This document shows positions 47,701 to 58,536 of a stretch of 64,000 bases of DNA, in pieces. The translations under genes and the position numbers were made by a program. The notes under the pieces are model-generated. The model was not told the DNA's origin, searched no databases, and was given only the letters and a program-made list of their open reading frames with translations. The stretch covers positions 71,413 to 135,412 of the forward strand of contig PS015109.1 of NCBI GenBank assembly GCA_048213135.1. The letters are read 5' to 3'. Source of the stretch: Reclinomonas americana ATCC 50394 (lineage: Eukaryota). Numbering within the stretch: the stretch's first letter is position 1; every line of letters begins with the position of its first letter.

Positions 47701-50597
47701 TGACACGAACCGTAATCATACAAAGAACCGGTGCCGAGCGTCCACGCCGTAATACAGTTCACGGATTGCTTGGTAATGTAAAACGTGGTGCTGCCTGAGC
47801 TGCTGTCCGTCTGCACAATTCCCCGGGGGTAAAAGGGCACGCCAAGGACCGTGTATGTGGTCGGCTTGAAGCTCCACTGATCGGTCGTATACTCGAATGC
47901 CGCGCTCATGAAAGACGACGCTCCGAGCGTGGTGGCCGTTCCCCGAAGCGTAGCGCTCGTGGCCGTCCCATCCGCCGCACCCACTATTGACAGGGAGGGC
48001 AAGAACCCGGTGGAACACACACCACCAGTGGTGGCGCGCGACAGCAACTGAGTGGAGGGATTGCGCAACATGAAATTGACCGTGTACGAACTCGCCGGCG
48101 CCAGATCCTCGATGCGCACCGAGAACGACGTGGTTGAAGTCGGAAAGGTGGTGACGTAGATGCGAGGGCGGCGTGGTAGCGACGCAGTGCGCAGCGTCTG
48201 CGACGAAAAGGGGGAGGAAAGGGGAAAGGGATTAGAAGGGAGGGAGGAGAGGGGAAAGGGGAGGAGAGGGAAAGGGTACACGAAGGAAGGGGAAAGGGGA
48301 TGAAGGGGATAAGGGGAAGTGAGCGAGGAAGGGAGAAACAGAGAGAGGGAGGTAAAATGAACTCGACGAAGTGGCAGGAGGAGAGCGAGTAATATGGGAC
48401 AGGAGGGATTGAGTGACATCGAGAAAGTGAGGGAAACACGCGACAAGAAGATGGAAGTGAAAAAGGGACAGCAAGAGAGTACCTACATGAGCTCGATGTG
48501 ACAGGAAGAGACTGAGTAATATTAGACAGGGGGAATGGAGTGACATCGAGATAGCTCTCTCTCTCTCTCCCTCTCTGAGAGGGTACGCAACGTGCGCAAC
48601 GCGGTCGACAATGATCACTCGATACGGTGTGTCACTGATGTAGACCAGATCGGTGGGCGCCAGAAACGCCGCATTGGCCGAGCGGCCGTCCATGTTGGCA
48701 TTCACACTCGGGTTGCCGCCCGCAGTGGTGACGGCTCCGAGAAGGGTCACTTCTCGAATGACTCGTGCGTCGCGGTCGGCCACCAGCAGATAGCGAGTTT
48801 GCTCCAGCTGGTTGTTGACATAAGTGATGCCAGTCGGCGCCGTGAATCGCGCCGCACTGCCGACGCCATTGGTCACACCAGCGGCGGCTGTCGGGTCGCC
48901 GGCAATCGTGTCCACAGCGCCCGACGACAAATCGATCTTGCGCACCACCCGCGCCGTCGTGTCAGTGAGGAACAGGGTGGGCGTGCCGGCGAGATCGGCC
49001 ATGACCATGCGGCCGGGTGATACGAAGCGCGCATTCGTGCCGACATCGTCGACATTGGCCGACATGCCCAGTGCGCCATACGGCGTCGTCACCACAAACG
49101 TGCTGCCGAGAACAACGCTGACCTTGCGAATGGCGTTGTTGCCGGAGTCGGCCACGTACAAGTCGTCGAAGGACGAATTGTTGGAGTTGCGCGCCAGACC
49201 GCTGACGGTGGATGAGAAGCGCGCCGCCGCGCCGGTGCCGTCACTGGAGCCGCAAGTGCCCGCCGTGCCCGCAAAGTGTGAAATGATGCCCGTGGCGCCG
49301 GTGATGTTGATGAGGGAGCAGGAGGACTGGAAATAGGGGAAGGGGGGAGGAGGGGGAAGGAGGGGGCAAGTAAGGGGGAGGGGAAGGAAAGGGGAGGAGG
49401 GGAAGGAGGGGGGAGGAGAAGGGGGAGGGAGAAGGAGTAGAGTAGAGAAGGGGGAAGGAGGGNNNNNNNNNNNNNNNNNNNNAAGAGAGGGAAGAGAGGG
49501 GAAGAGAGGGGAAGATGAGAGAAAGAGGAATGAGATGGAGAGAGAGCGCGCGAGAGAGAAAAGAGAGAACAAGAAAGAGACGTTCAGACGAAGAAAGAGC
49601 GAGAGGGAGAGAGAGAGAAAGGAATGCGAGCGAAACAGTGCGTGGAGAATGAGACTAGGAGAGCAAGTGATGACGATATGAATGTGTGTGCTAGACTCTC
49701 CGCGGACGCAACATCGCCGACAAAAAGCGCAGTGGAGGATGTGGCGTAATCGCGGCCGACAGCCACAACAACTGGCGACGACAGCTTGCCGACACCAACG
49801 GCGCCATTCGTCAACCCCGACGACATTAGGGTGCCGGCGTAGGTGGCCGTGTTGCCACTTACATCCAACGTGCGGATCACGTGATTGTTTCTGCACAGAG
49901 GGAAGACACAGAGAGAGTGTGAGCGACGAAGGAACGATCGACATTGGGAAGACAGCAAAATCAACAGGAAAGTGGCGTGGAGAGAGAGCGATGCAAACAG
50001 GAGTGAGAGTTAAGGGAGCGACGAAGGAGCGACTAACATGAAGAGAGAGGTAACGAGCAACAGAGTTGAGAGACAGTTACAACGGAGTGACAGAGATGCG
50101 ATGGCAGGAGCGCGATGCCAACGACAAGGAGGCAATCACAGGGAGAGGAACAGCGATAGAGATGTGGCACACACACACACGCAAGTGACTGCAACGCAAC
50201 GTATCCGCGACATACAACGTGCTCGTCACCGTGTCGTACGCCACACCCGATGGCGTATCAAACCGCGCACCTGTGCGCTGTCCATTCGTTGTGCCCGGCG
50301 TGGACACACCGCCAGCAAAGGTCACCACATTGAGCTGCATGTCATCGCCGATACCATACTCGGCGTAGAGATTCGTGCCAGCCGGTGGTGAGAACCCATT
50401 CAGATTGATCGTGCCCGACAGAGCGCAGCTGGTCGGATCAGAGTGCATGGTATCCGACGACGACATCGAGAAGGTCGGTGTGGCAATCAGCCCATTCACC
50501 ACATGCACCACCATCAGCAATGCCGCAATCAACCAAATGGATGCTGATGACGCGCGGAACGACGAAAAGGCGCGTTGTCGATGCGCGTGTGACGCAC
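23768..50597 (-). CDS. Giant polycystin-1-like receptor: signal peptide, FN3-like/NHL modules, EGF, Cys-containing Ig-like repeats, REJ, GPS, about 5 TM helices (5' end approximate, several gaps)
   Basis: Signal-like SIWLIAALLMVVHVVNG at ~50540. Many NHL repeats (GxxDGxGxxARFxxPxG). EGF (CFNGGTCDNGVTGTGGCFC). REJ (VNDLPTAGNLTVTPSSGEERLTKFTF...FRDPD). GPS CVYWNTTTETWRNDGC...CECTHLTDFS at ~27660-27535. TM1, then the PKD1 signature EEHSWVS...FRRTQKLT, then LPLWLVPVSF and SDVLVNEPIK. Stop at 23768-23770. Treating it as one gene is inferred from domain order and strand. Confidence 0.8.
36538..38310. repeat. Near-identical ~300 bp coding duplication (36538-36840 versus 38004-38306)
   Basis: Both copies encode NLLAGSVVLRGSVNANNGSATPVFDYSSVSEADVLAGNGVTVSASG...TTYYFRVRDTASGVAS with few substitutions. 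Confidence 0.9.
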
Positions 50598-51109
50598 CTG
50601 CGCAAGAAAGAGAGAGACAGAAAAGGAGACAAAAGAAGAAATGCGTCAATAAATCAATGTGTTTTCTCTCCTCTGTGTGTGCATCAGCGTGTGTGTGACA
50701 GAGAGCATGGCGCACACATACACACACACGAGAGAGAGAGAGAGAGAGCGCGCACGCAGGGGAAAAAAGACACACAATACTACTCATGTTCGCACTCACT
50801 GAATCCTGCGTTCGTAATGTGTGCATTGAATGTGTTGTCATGCTCACCATGACGCGGGCGGACAGCGTGCATGCAAGCCACACGCACGCACACACGCACA
50901 CACAATAAAAGGCGCGTCGATAAAGTGCGAAAAGAGTCGAGCAAAGTCCGGAGGAAATTTCATGTTCTTCTGGACACATTCTGTAAATCATCGGTTGATG
51001 GCTACAAGCACATAAGGAGGCGGCAAGGGCGCGCTCGCTTTGACAAGGGTCATCCGAGATGCAACAACAGAGGCCAGGACGTAAATAAATATATCCGAAC
51101 TGTACATGT

Positions 51110-51725
51110 CGAAGTATTAGTGTGCTTCATGGTGATCACTTGCAACTGCGACAAGCTTCCCCGCATGTAGATGAAGCATATGCCGAAACGAACAGCATGA
51201 CGTGCAGAAAACAGAAGCCAAAGTGTTCAAAGTCTGAAATTTCGAATTCGAATTTCGAACATGTGCAGCAGTGTGCTTCACAGCGACCTTCTGCTACGAT
51301 ATCAGTGCAAGGCGCATGTGCGCACAACAAAGGCGATAATTACTTTGGAAAAAAGAGCAGCACAAGCAACAGGAAACAAATGTCAAAATGAATTCCGAGC
51401 ATGCATGCATTTGCATTGCTGTGCTTCACGGCGAATTTCTGCAACTGTGCTGATGCGAGCCACGTGTGTACGCGACAACGGCGATGATTACTTTGGACAA
51501 AAGAGCAGCACAACGTGCAGGAGACGAAAGTCAAAGTGAAAAATACATGACATGGTAGCATTGTGCTTCACGGCGATTTTCTGCAACTTTACTAATGCGA
51601 GCCACGTGTGTACGCGACAACGGCGATGGTTACTTTGGAAAAAAGAGCAGCACAACATGCAGGAGACGAATTCGAAAGTCAAAGTGAATTTCGGAACAAG
51701 TGCATGCAGCTGCAGTGTGCTTTTT
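51110..51725. repeat. Intergenic tandem repeat, about 4 copies of ~148 bp
   Basis: GTGCTT occurs at 51122, 51273, 51421, 51563 and 51717; TTACTTTGGA.AAAAGAGCAGCACAA at ~51340, 51488 and 51630. Confidence 0.9.
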
Positions 51726-51865
51726 GAGCGATACCCGTCGTATACCGCATGCGTACGCGACGAAGACGACAAGCAGAAACAAGCAGCCTCGACAACTGTA
51801 AACGTGAGATTTCACAGGGTTACTGGAGGGTTACAAACACCCACATCACTTCACTCTGTTCCACA

Positions 51866-52309
51866 ATGGGCGTCGCGTCTTCCTCCGCAACAACCACATC
51901 CACCACCACAACGACGACCACGACGACTGCGGCAGCCTCTGCAGCGCCAGCGGGCGCACCGTCGTCGTCGTCGGTGATGGCCGATGAGGACTTTGCGCAG
52001 GCGTCGAGCGCCAGCTTGCCGGGCGAGAAGACCGTGGCGAAGAAGACGCTGCGACAGAAGGTGCTCGATGGGTTGCGCACGGGAGCGTATCACTGTTGCG
52101 TTGCACGAGGAGACAAGAGTGGTGAGCCATGTCGTCGCAACATGTGCACTGACTCTTTGTGTGTGTGTGTGTCAGTGGTGATTCCGGGTCTGTTGTTGTA
52201 TGGATACTTGTCGGAGCCGTCGTACTCTCTGTGGGAGTTGGTGAGCCCGTTGCCGCAGAACCCCGAGGCGTTGCAGGCGCAGTCACAGCAGGCAGCTGCT
52301 GCTGAGTAA
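51866..52309 (+). CDS. TOM7: Mitochondrial outer membrane translocase subunit Tom7 with Ser/Thr/Ala-rich N-extension
   Basis: Exons 51866-52094 and 52176-52309 give ...KVLDGLRTGAYHLVIPGLLLYGYLSEPSYSLWELVSPL, matching the Tom7 pattern H-x(2-3)-IP-hhhh-G...EP...L-x-x-L-h-SP. Confidence 0.75.
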   Translation: MGVASSSATTTSTTTTTTTTTAAASAAPAGAPSSSSVMADEDFAQASSASLPGEKTVAKKTLRQKVLDGLRTGAYHCCVARGDKSGEPCRRNMCTDSLCVCVSVVIPGLLLYGYLSEPSYSLWELVSPLPQNPEALQAQSQQAAAAE

Positions 52310-52639
52310 TCTCTCTCTTTGTGTGTGTGTCTTAGTGGAAGGCGTTGGCAGGGTGGTATACTCTCTGCGAGAATGTCGGCGGTGGGGCTTAGGTGTTAGA
52401 ATACATTTGTGTGTGTGTGTGTGTGTGCATTGGGAATCGATGTGATTGTGCTTGGGGGAGTGGGAAGTGAGAGAGAGAGAGAGAGAGAGAGGAGCAGACN
52501 NNNNNNNNNNNNNNNNNNNNNNNNNNNNNNNNNNNNNNNNNNNNNNNNNNNNNNNNNNNNNNNNNNNGAGCTTCTGTGCGCTTCTGTGCGAGAGTGCTTT
52601 GCCATTGAGGGATAGTTGGGCAGTAGTCTGCTTTGCATT

Positions 52640-53150
52640 CCGAGTGATGCGAGTGAGAAGGCGAGGATTCGCTTGCAGAGCAGACTGCGGCCTGCATGCA
52701 TTCCGCTTGTTGTCGAGTGAGAAGGCGTCGAGTCGTACATTGCTTGCGCTGTGCCGCATTCTGCATCTTGTACGAGTGAGAAGGCGAGAATTCACTGCTC
52801 GGCATACATGGTGCACCTTGTTAGTGGCGAGAATGCGAGTGAGAGGGTCGCGTGCGCTAACTCTGCTTTGCGTTCTTCATGTTTGCACCTTGTTCAGTGG
52901 CAATTGGAATGGCGAGAGTTCACTTGCAGAACATGCAGCCTCGTGTTGACAAGCTCGGTGCACCTTGTCATAGGCGAGAATGCGAGTGGGAAGGCGCTGT
53001 ACTCGCTACGCTTCGCATTGCACCTTGTTCAGTGGCAAGTGGAGAGGCGAGGATGGCCTATATACTTTCCGCTTGTTGGTATTCACATTGCACGTTGTCG
53101 GAGGCGAGTGAGCGGTCTTGTTTGATGTTCGCAGGCGAGAATTCGCTTGT
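52640..53150. repeat. Degenerate minisatellite (~60 bp spacing of CGAGTGAGAAGGCG; ~140 bp higher-order unit)
   Basis: CGAGTG(A/G)GA(A/G)GG occurs at ~52650, 52714, 52773, 52836 and 52983; TGCACCTTGT at ~52812, 52884, 52959 and 53019. Confidence 0.75.
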
Positions 53151-53831
53151 GCTGCATGCAGCAATCTGCTATTCGTTCTTCATGTCGAGTGTGTTGCATT
53201 AGGTGGCTTGCACTGAGAGGAGAAAGAATTCTATGCTGTATTTCGCGCGTGTGGTGCACCTGCAGTTGTGAGATCGACATTTAAGGGTGCTGCACTTCCC
53301 TTTGCGTGCCGAGAAGGGATACATCGGGAGATTTCTATTGTTTTATTCATGGTACATCGGCGGCATCTGGATTGGTGCTGACGAGGACGCCAGTTCCTTC
53401 CCACTGTGGCGGTCGCACGTGAGGGCTGGTTGTCTCTTTCACTCTGCTTCTTGTGCTCACGACAAGAAATATTGGTCTTCGACGGCTCCCTTCATGTCGC
53501 TGTCTCTCGCTCTGCATTCTGTGTTGTCGTTGTCGTTATTCTCCTTCTCCTCTCTCTCTCTCTCTTCGAAAGGAGAAGTGCAGAGAGAGACTGCAGTGCT
53601 GCTACCTCAATTCTCTCTCTCTCTCTCCGTCTCTCTCTCCCTCCGTCTCTCTCTCTCTCTTTCTCTCTGAGGTTGCCCTACAGAAGAGATTGCGTCTTAT
53701 CGTTGCTTTCAAGTGCATTGCGCGTCTTCAGTGCGCCTTCCATGATACTCTCTCTCTCTCTCTCTCAGTCGATGTCGTGCACCCTTGAGGTTGCGACATC
53801 TTATCCTTTCTCTCAACTGCATTACTTGTCG

Positions 53832-55068
53832 TCAGTGCGCCTTCCTCGACACACTCTCTCTCCCTCCCTCTCTCCCTCCCTCCCTCCTTCTCTCTCCCTC
53901 CCCTCCCCTTCCCCCCTCTCCCTCTTCCCACTCAACTGCCTGCTGGTCATCCGGCACGCCCGTTCGCATGCCGAGTCCAGTCCATTGCATGCGCACCTCC
54001 CCGGTGAGCACGTCAAGCTCGCACTCTGCGTACAGTGGAGTGAGAAAACGAAAGCACCTGCACTCCCCCGCTGTCTCCAACCCGCGCAACTGTACTCGAT
54101 CTTGCCGCTGGGGCCGAGAAAGATGAGCATGTTGCCGGCGGCTACGCGATCCCAGTTCTGCAGTTCTCTCTCAGTAAGAAAGAGAGGGAGGCTCACACGC
54201 GCAAACCGCCCGCTGCGCACCTGCTTGATGCGATACTCGTCGTAATGCACGCCGACACTCGTCGTGCCGTCGGTGTTTGGCCGCGTCACGCGACCGCGCA
54301 GCAAGACAACTGGCAACACGAGAGGGGTCAGCGTCCATACAACCAATCATTCGACAATCTCAAGTCGCCGCAACTGGCGCTCTGCGAGCCCTGGAGTGGA
54401 AAGATGGAGCGACCGGAGAACTCGCCGCCCTCGATGCGATCGATCGCCACCCGCACTGGAATCTGCTCGTCGATATCAAACTGGTACACGTGCCCATCAA
54501 ACACCAGCCGCGACTGCCCCGTGATGCCAATGGCGTCGCCGACGTGCGCCAACGCGCGCAGCTCTCGCGACACTCGCACGGTCGATTCGCGTTGCAGGAG
54601 GTGCCGCAGTACGGGACTCGCTCGGAGAAACTCCCACCACGACATGCTGCGAGGGCGGTGAGCAGCACAAAAGGATGCAGAGTGTACCAATGAAACAGGG
54701 CGCACCGTTGTCGTCCACCGTCCACAAAGGGCGGTTGCAGCGCGGGTTGTGGCTGGTCGACTGCTGTGATCGTGAGGATCCGAAGACAACTCGAGCGCAG
54801 GTGACAGGAGAGAGCACGCAGCCTTCATGTGCTTGGTAGGGCCACATGGCAGTGACAAGGCGACTCCACAGTGCGTCGCTCGTGCACACGCGGTTCCACA
54901 GGCGACACACCAGCGTCGTTTTCTGTGAATAAAAGGTTGTCAGTGAGTCACCCACTCTCCCGTGTGTGTTGCCTCGTTCCTCTCAACTCGCAGAATGTCG
55001 GCACGTGGTCTCAGGAACGAGAAGATGAGGGCGAACACGCCGAGGTCTTCGTACCCGAGGAGAAACAT
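53832..55068 (-). CDS. F-box protein with unrecognised C-terminal domain (3' end approximate)
   Basis: MFLLGYEDLGVFALIFSFLRPRADILR, intron 54987-54923, then KTTLVCRLWNRVCTSDALWSRL, matching the F-box pattern IFSFL...L.....VCR.W......D.LW. Confidence 0.75.
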
Positions 55069-55180
55069 GGGCGCGAAGTACAATGCATGACAGGATGCAA
55101 GACACGACAGGACGCGCTGTGTAGTTCCTCTTTGCAGAGCTCTAACGCAGCAGTGTCTTTGCAGTGCATCCACTGCTAGC

Positions 55181-58100
55181 ATGCTGAGTGGACGTCGCTG
55201 GTGGTCGTCCACATTCACCGATGCTCACCAGTTGCATCGGTTCATCTTGAAGGGTGGTGTGCCCCATGCTTCCATCCAACAGCAACAGCAGCGCAGTGGT
55301 GCGGATTGTGGACTGGGAGTGCGGGTTAATATCCATGTGCATGCGAGTGTGCGTGTGCATGCATGCTGAATGGCAGTGCATGCGTATAGATCGTACCGTT
55401 CCCTCGCGCAATGTTTGTCAACACTCCGCATGATGTGCGCGACGTGTTGTTGCCCGACAAGACGAACAGCTTCGTGCAGCTGCAGATTCCTGCGGTGCCA
55501 AAGAACGGGCCCGAGGAGTTTGCATGTCGAGTTGTCACTGAGAGGGTGCCGGCGTTCTTTGGCACTGCTGGCATCGGCAAGACATCGCAGATGACGAGGG
55601 CGGCTGGCAGGCTGGAAGCGCTGCTCGTGAACGGTGATTCGCTCGACTAGAGGGAGAGGCTGCGTCTTGCGTCTCACACTACTCTCCAGCGGGCTACCAC
55701 GTCCACCGACTGGATGTGGCATATGGCAACGCAAGCAGCCTCGGCGGGGTTGCGCAGTGCGAGAAGGCTTCGCCGTTGGCTGACGGCAGGCTGGTCGAGG
55801 CGCCTGCCGAGTTTGTGCAAGCGGCGACTGCGTGGCGGCTTCTGCTGGCCCACTTCTGTGTGCAGGGTACGGCGCGTTTCTCGCTGGTCGACGATGTACG
55901 CGCTGCCTATGGCGACACGTGGTCCATACTCTCCACTGCAGTCGCGATGCAATGCATTCGGCTGGATCTGATTGAGGCCGGTCGTCTCAAGAAAGACGGC
56001 AAGTGCGTGAGGTGTGAACATGCTGTCTGTGCTGCATACATCGCTCACTCTAACAGGTTGGCTGTGCTTTGCTTGATGGACGACGTTCAGAACATCCTGT
56101 ACACGGCAGTGGAGGCAGCGCAGTTGCTGAGGTCAGCCGATCCGACTGCACTGGCGGTCTGTGCACGCAGCAATGGTGCGCATTGCGTTGTTCTTACCAG
56201 CGGTGGTGCACCGCAGTCACTTTGCCGACGGCGTCTGACGCTCGCACTGCAAGCGATGCAAGAGTCTCTCCCACAATCGGGCACAAATGTGGTCTTTCCC
56301 ATGATCGCTGGCGTTGTCACTGTGGATCCGATCGCAGTGGAGTCGACGCTCGCTCTAGTCCCCGGGATTCCACTTGAATTATGGGAGACTGACGAACTGA
56401 TGCGGCGCATGTTTGAGCTCACGGACGCGAGTTGCGTGTGTTTGTGTGTGAAGGAGTTTTCCAAGGTCTCGCTTGGTCGTCGTTTCAAATTTTCGCCGCT
56501 CTCTGTGACTTACTCTAACCATCGATTCCGCAGCAACTGCGCTCACTGGTGTCGGTCTTCCGGCATCCGTCCGCGTGGCCTGGCGTACGAGCAAGGCGTT
56601 GCGATCGGCACTGGACAGTCGTGCTCAACTGGCGCGAGAGCAGATCAAAGTCGTGAAAGCCGCACTTGGTTGCGTGATGGAGCCCCTTGCGCGTGGGTCT
56701 CCGCTCACTCATCATCCTCTCTCCGAGCAGAATGTCTGCAAGTGACTGGCCAAGCTGAAGATGGTGACCGGTGACTTTGTATCCGCCTTGAGCACACTGT
56801 GGTCGCAGCGCTCACTGGTTTCCTTCGCAGGTCGCTCTGTGCTGTCGATTGACGACGGCAAGCTTGCGTGTAATCTGCCCGGCATGGATGCCTCAGTTCA
56901 CATTGAGGAAAAATCTTGCATGCCGCGATCGACGCTGGTAATGTCACAGCACCTGCGGTCGAGGAGGCGGTTGCTGCAGGGCATGTAGTTCTGCGTTTGG
57001 TGAGTTTTCTCCGCCTCATGTTGTGTGTTTGCTTCCTTCATGAGCCTGACTGTTGGGCGATAGACGCCAGACAGCAGGTTCAAGGTGTACGTGCCGCCAG
57101 TGCTCCTCTTGCAACTCTGGGGGACGACTGGCCGATATGCTGCTCTTGTTGCAAAGATGATGTCGTGCGGATTGGATGGCGAAAGGATGAGGCCCTCTCG
57201 CGCGTGGGAGGTGTGGCGGGTGGCGTACGTGTCGATGCAAGTGGAGCGACACATTCCCGTGGCGTCGATGTCGTTAAAGTCCATCTACAGACTGGACGCC
57301 TTGCAAGGTTTGTGCAAGCGCGGTTGATTCGCAGAACACAAGCTCCTCTCACGCTCCTCAGCACCCATCCATGATGTATGGAGAACTACGGTGCGCCTTG
57401 GACAACTGACGCCAGAAAGGACTGTGGACGCGGCAGACATTGTCAGCAGTCGCTGGTCACCACCATGGCTGTCGAAGAACGGACCTGTTGAGGTACCGTT
57501 GCTGTGTACGTTGCTTCCGCCGAGAGGTTGCTCACTCCACGTCGAGCAGGTCTCCAGAGGCCGGTTGTCCGCCGTCTACCTGACGGCCGACAGTGCATGT
57601 GGCTGTAGTTTTGTGACTGCGTTCGAGACTGAAGACAAGCGACGGATTGTGGTTCTTGAACAGTGCCAGCTGCTTTTCCGTGACGCAGAAGTTGTTGCAC
57701 GAGCGCTGCAAAAATTGTACTCGGTGTGTGGTTCGCGACGCTCTTCGGACTCTTCAGGTCGTTGAAATCATGGCGTGCGACACACAGATCGGTCAGTTTT
57801 TCGCGCGAGCCAACACCGTATCGTGGGTTGCCGTGCTGTCATCACCGCATGCGATCCCTGCCTTGCATGACCGCGACTGGGACCGCATCGGCATATCAGC
57901 AGACGATCGCTCTCGGTTCGCCGTGATAGACAAGGCTGTGGCGGCCGAGTACTACGGACCAACTTTCTGCGATATGCCTCTGCGTACGAGTTGCGTTGCG
58001 GAACTTCCATGCCGCATGCGGCAACCTCGTGCTGATCGTGTCGCAGCGCAACTTCGAATCAACTCATCCGACGGCACCGACTCTGCCATCGCGACAGCAC

Positions 58101-58366
58101 TATTCGATGTGCTGATGCTCCTTGTGGGCGACGCGGCAGCAGAAACCGTCAAAATGGAGGTGGCAGTGCTGGCCAAAACGATAGATTCTTCGAAGCCGCT
58201 CACTGGCTACAGATCGGCCGACCACCTGTGTCAAGTGATCGGCAATTGCAACGAACAATCCGCTCGAAGAGTTCTCGACGTTCTGCAACTTGCCGGGCAG
58301 CGGATCGGTGACGCCAATGCCATCAACGACTTGCATTCGTGGTTCACCTTTGTCTTTCGCTTCTGA
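55181..58366 (+). CDS. Crinkler (CR)-type P-loop NTPase plus restriction-endonuclease-fold effector-like protein, multi-exon
   Basis: Walker A GTAGIGKT (~55560), then after splicing VAYGN and AWRLLLAHF; Walker B-like LCLMDDVQ; FPMIAG; GIRPRGL; VPPVLL; WEVW...Y; terminal EYYGPTF. This is the motif order seen in CR-NTPase/CR-REase proteins. Not all introns were resolved. Confidence 0.65.
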
Positions 58367-58536
58367 TGGCCGTGAAGTCTCGACGCATTGAAATGCGCGC
58401 GGGACAAGTGAAGTGCGCTCTGCGTTTGCGTGAGAGTGAGAGAACGAGTCGTGGGGGCTTGCTAAGAGGAGACGGTGGTCAAGGGGAGAGTGTTGGCGAT
58501 TATCAGGACAGGTGAGAGGAGCAATGCAAGAATAAC

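Noticed and set aside
51232-51260. GAAATTTCGAATTCGAATTTCGAA, heat-shock-element-like palindrome
   Set aside because: Spacing does not give three correctly alternating nGAAn units, and it appears to derive from the local tandem repeat.
52640-53150. CRISPR-like repeat-spacer appearance
   Set aside because: Repeat is only ~14 bp and degenerate, spacers are partly homologous, no cas genes are present and the context is eukaryotic.
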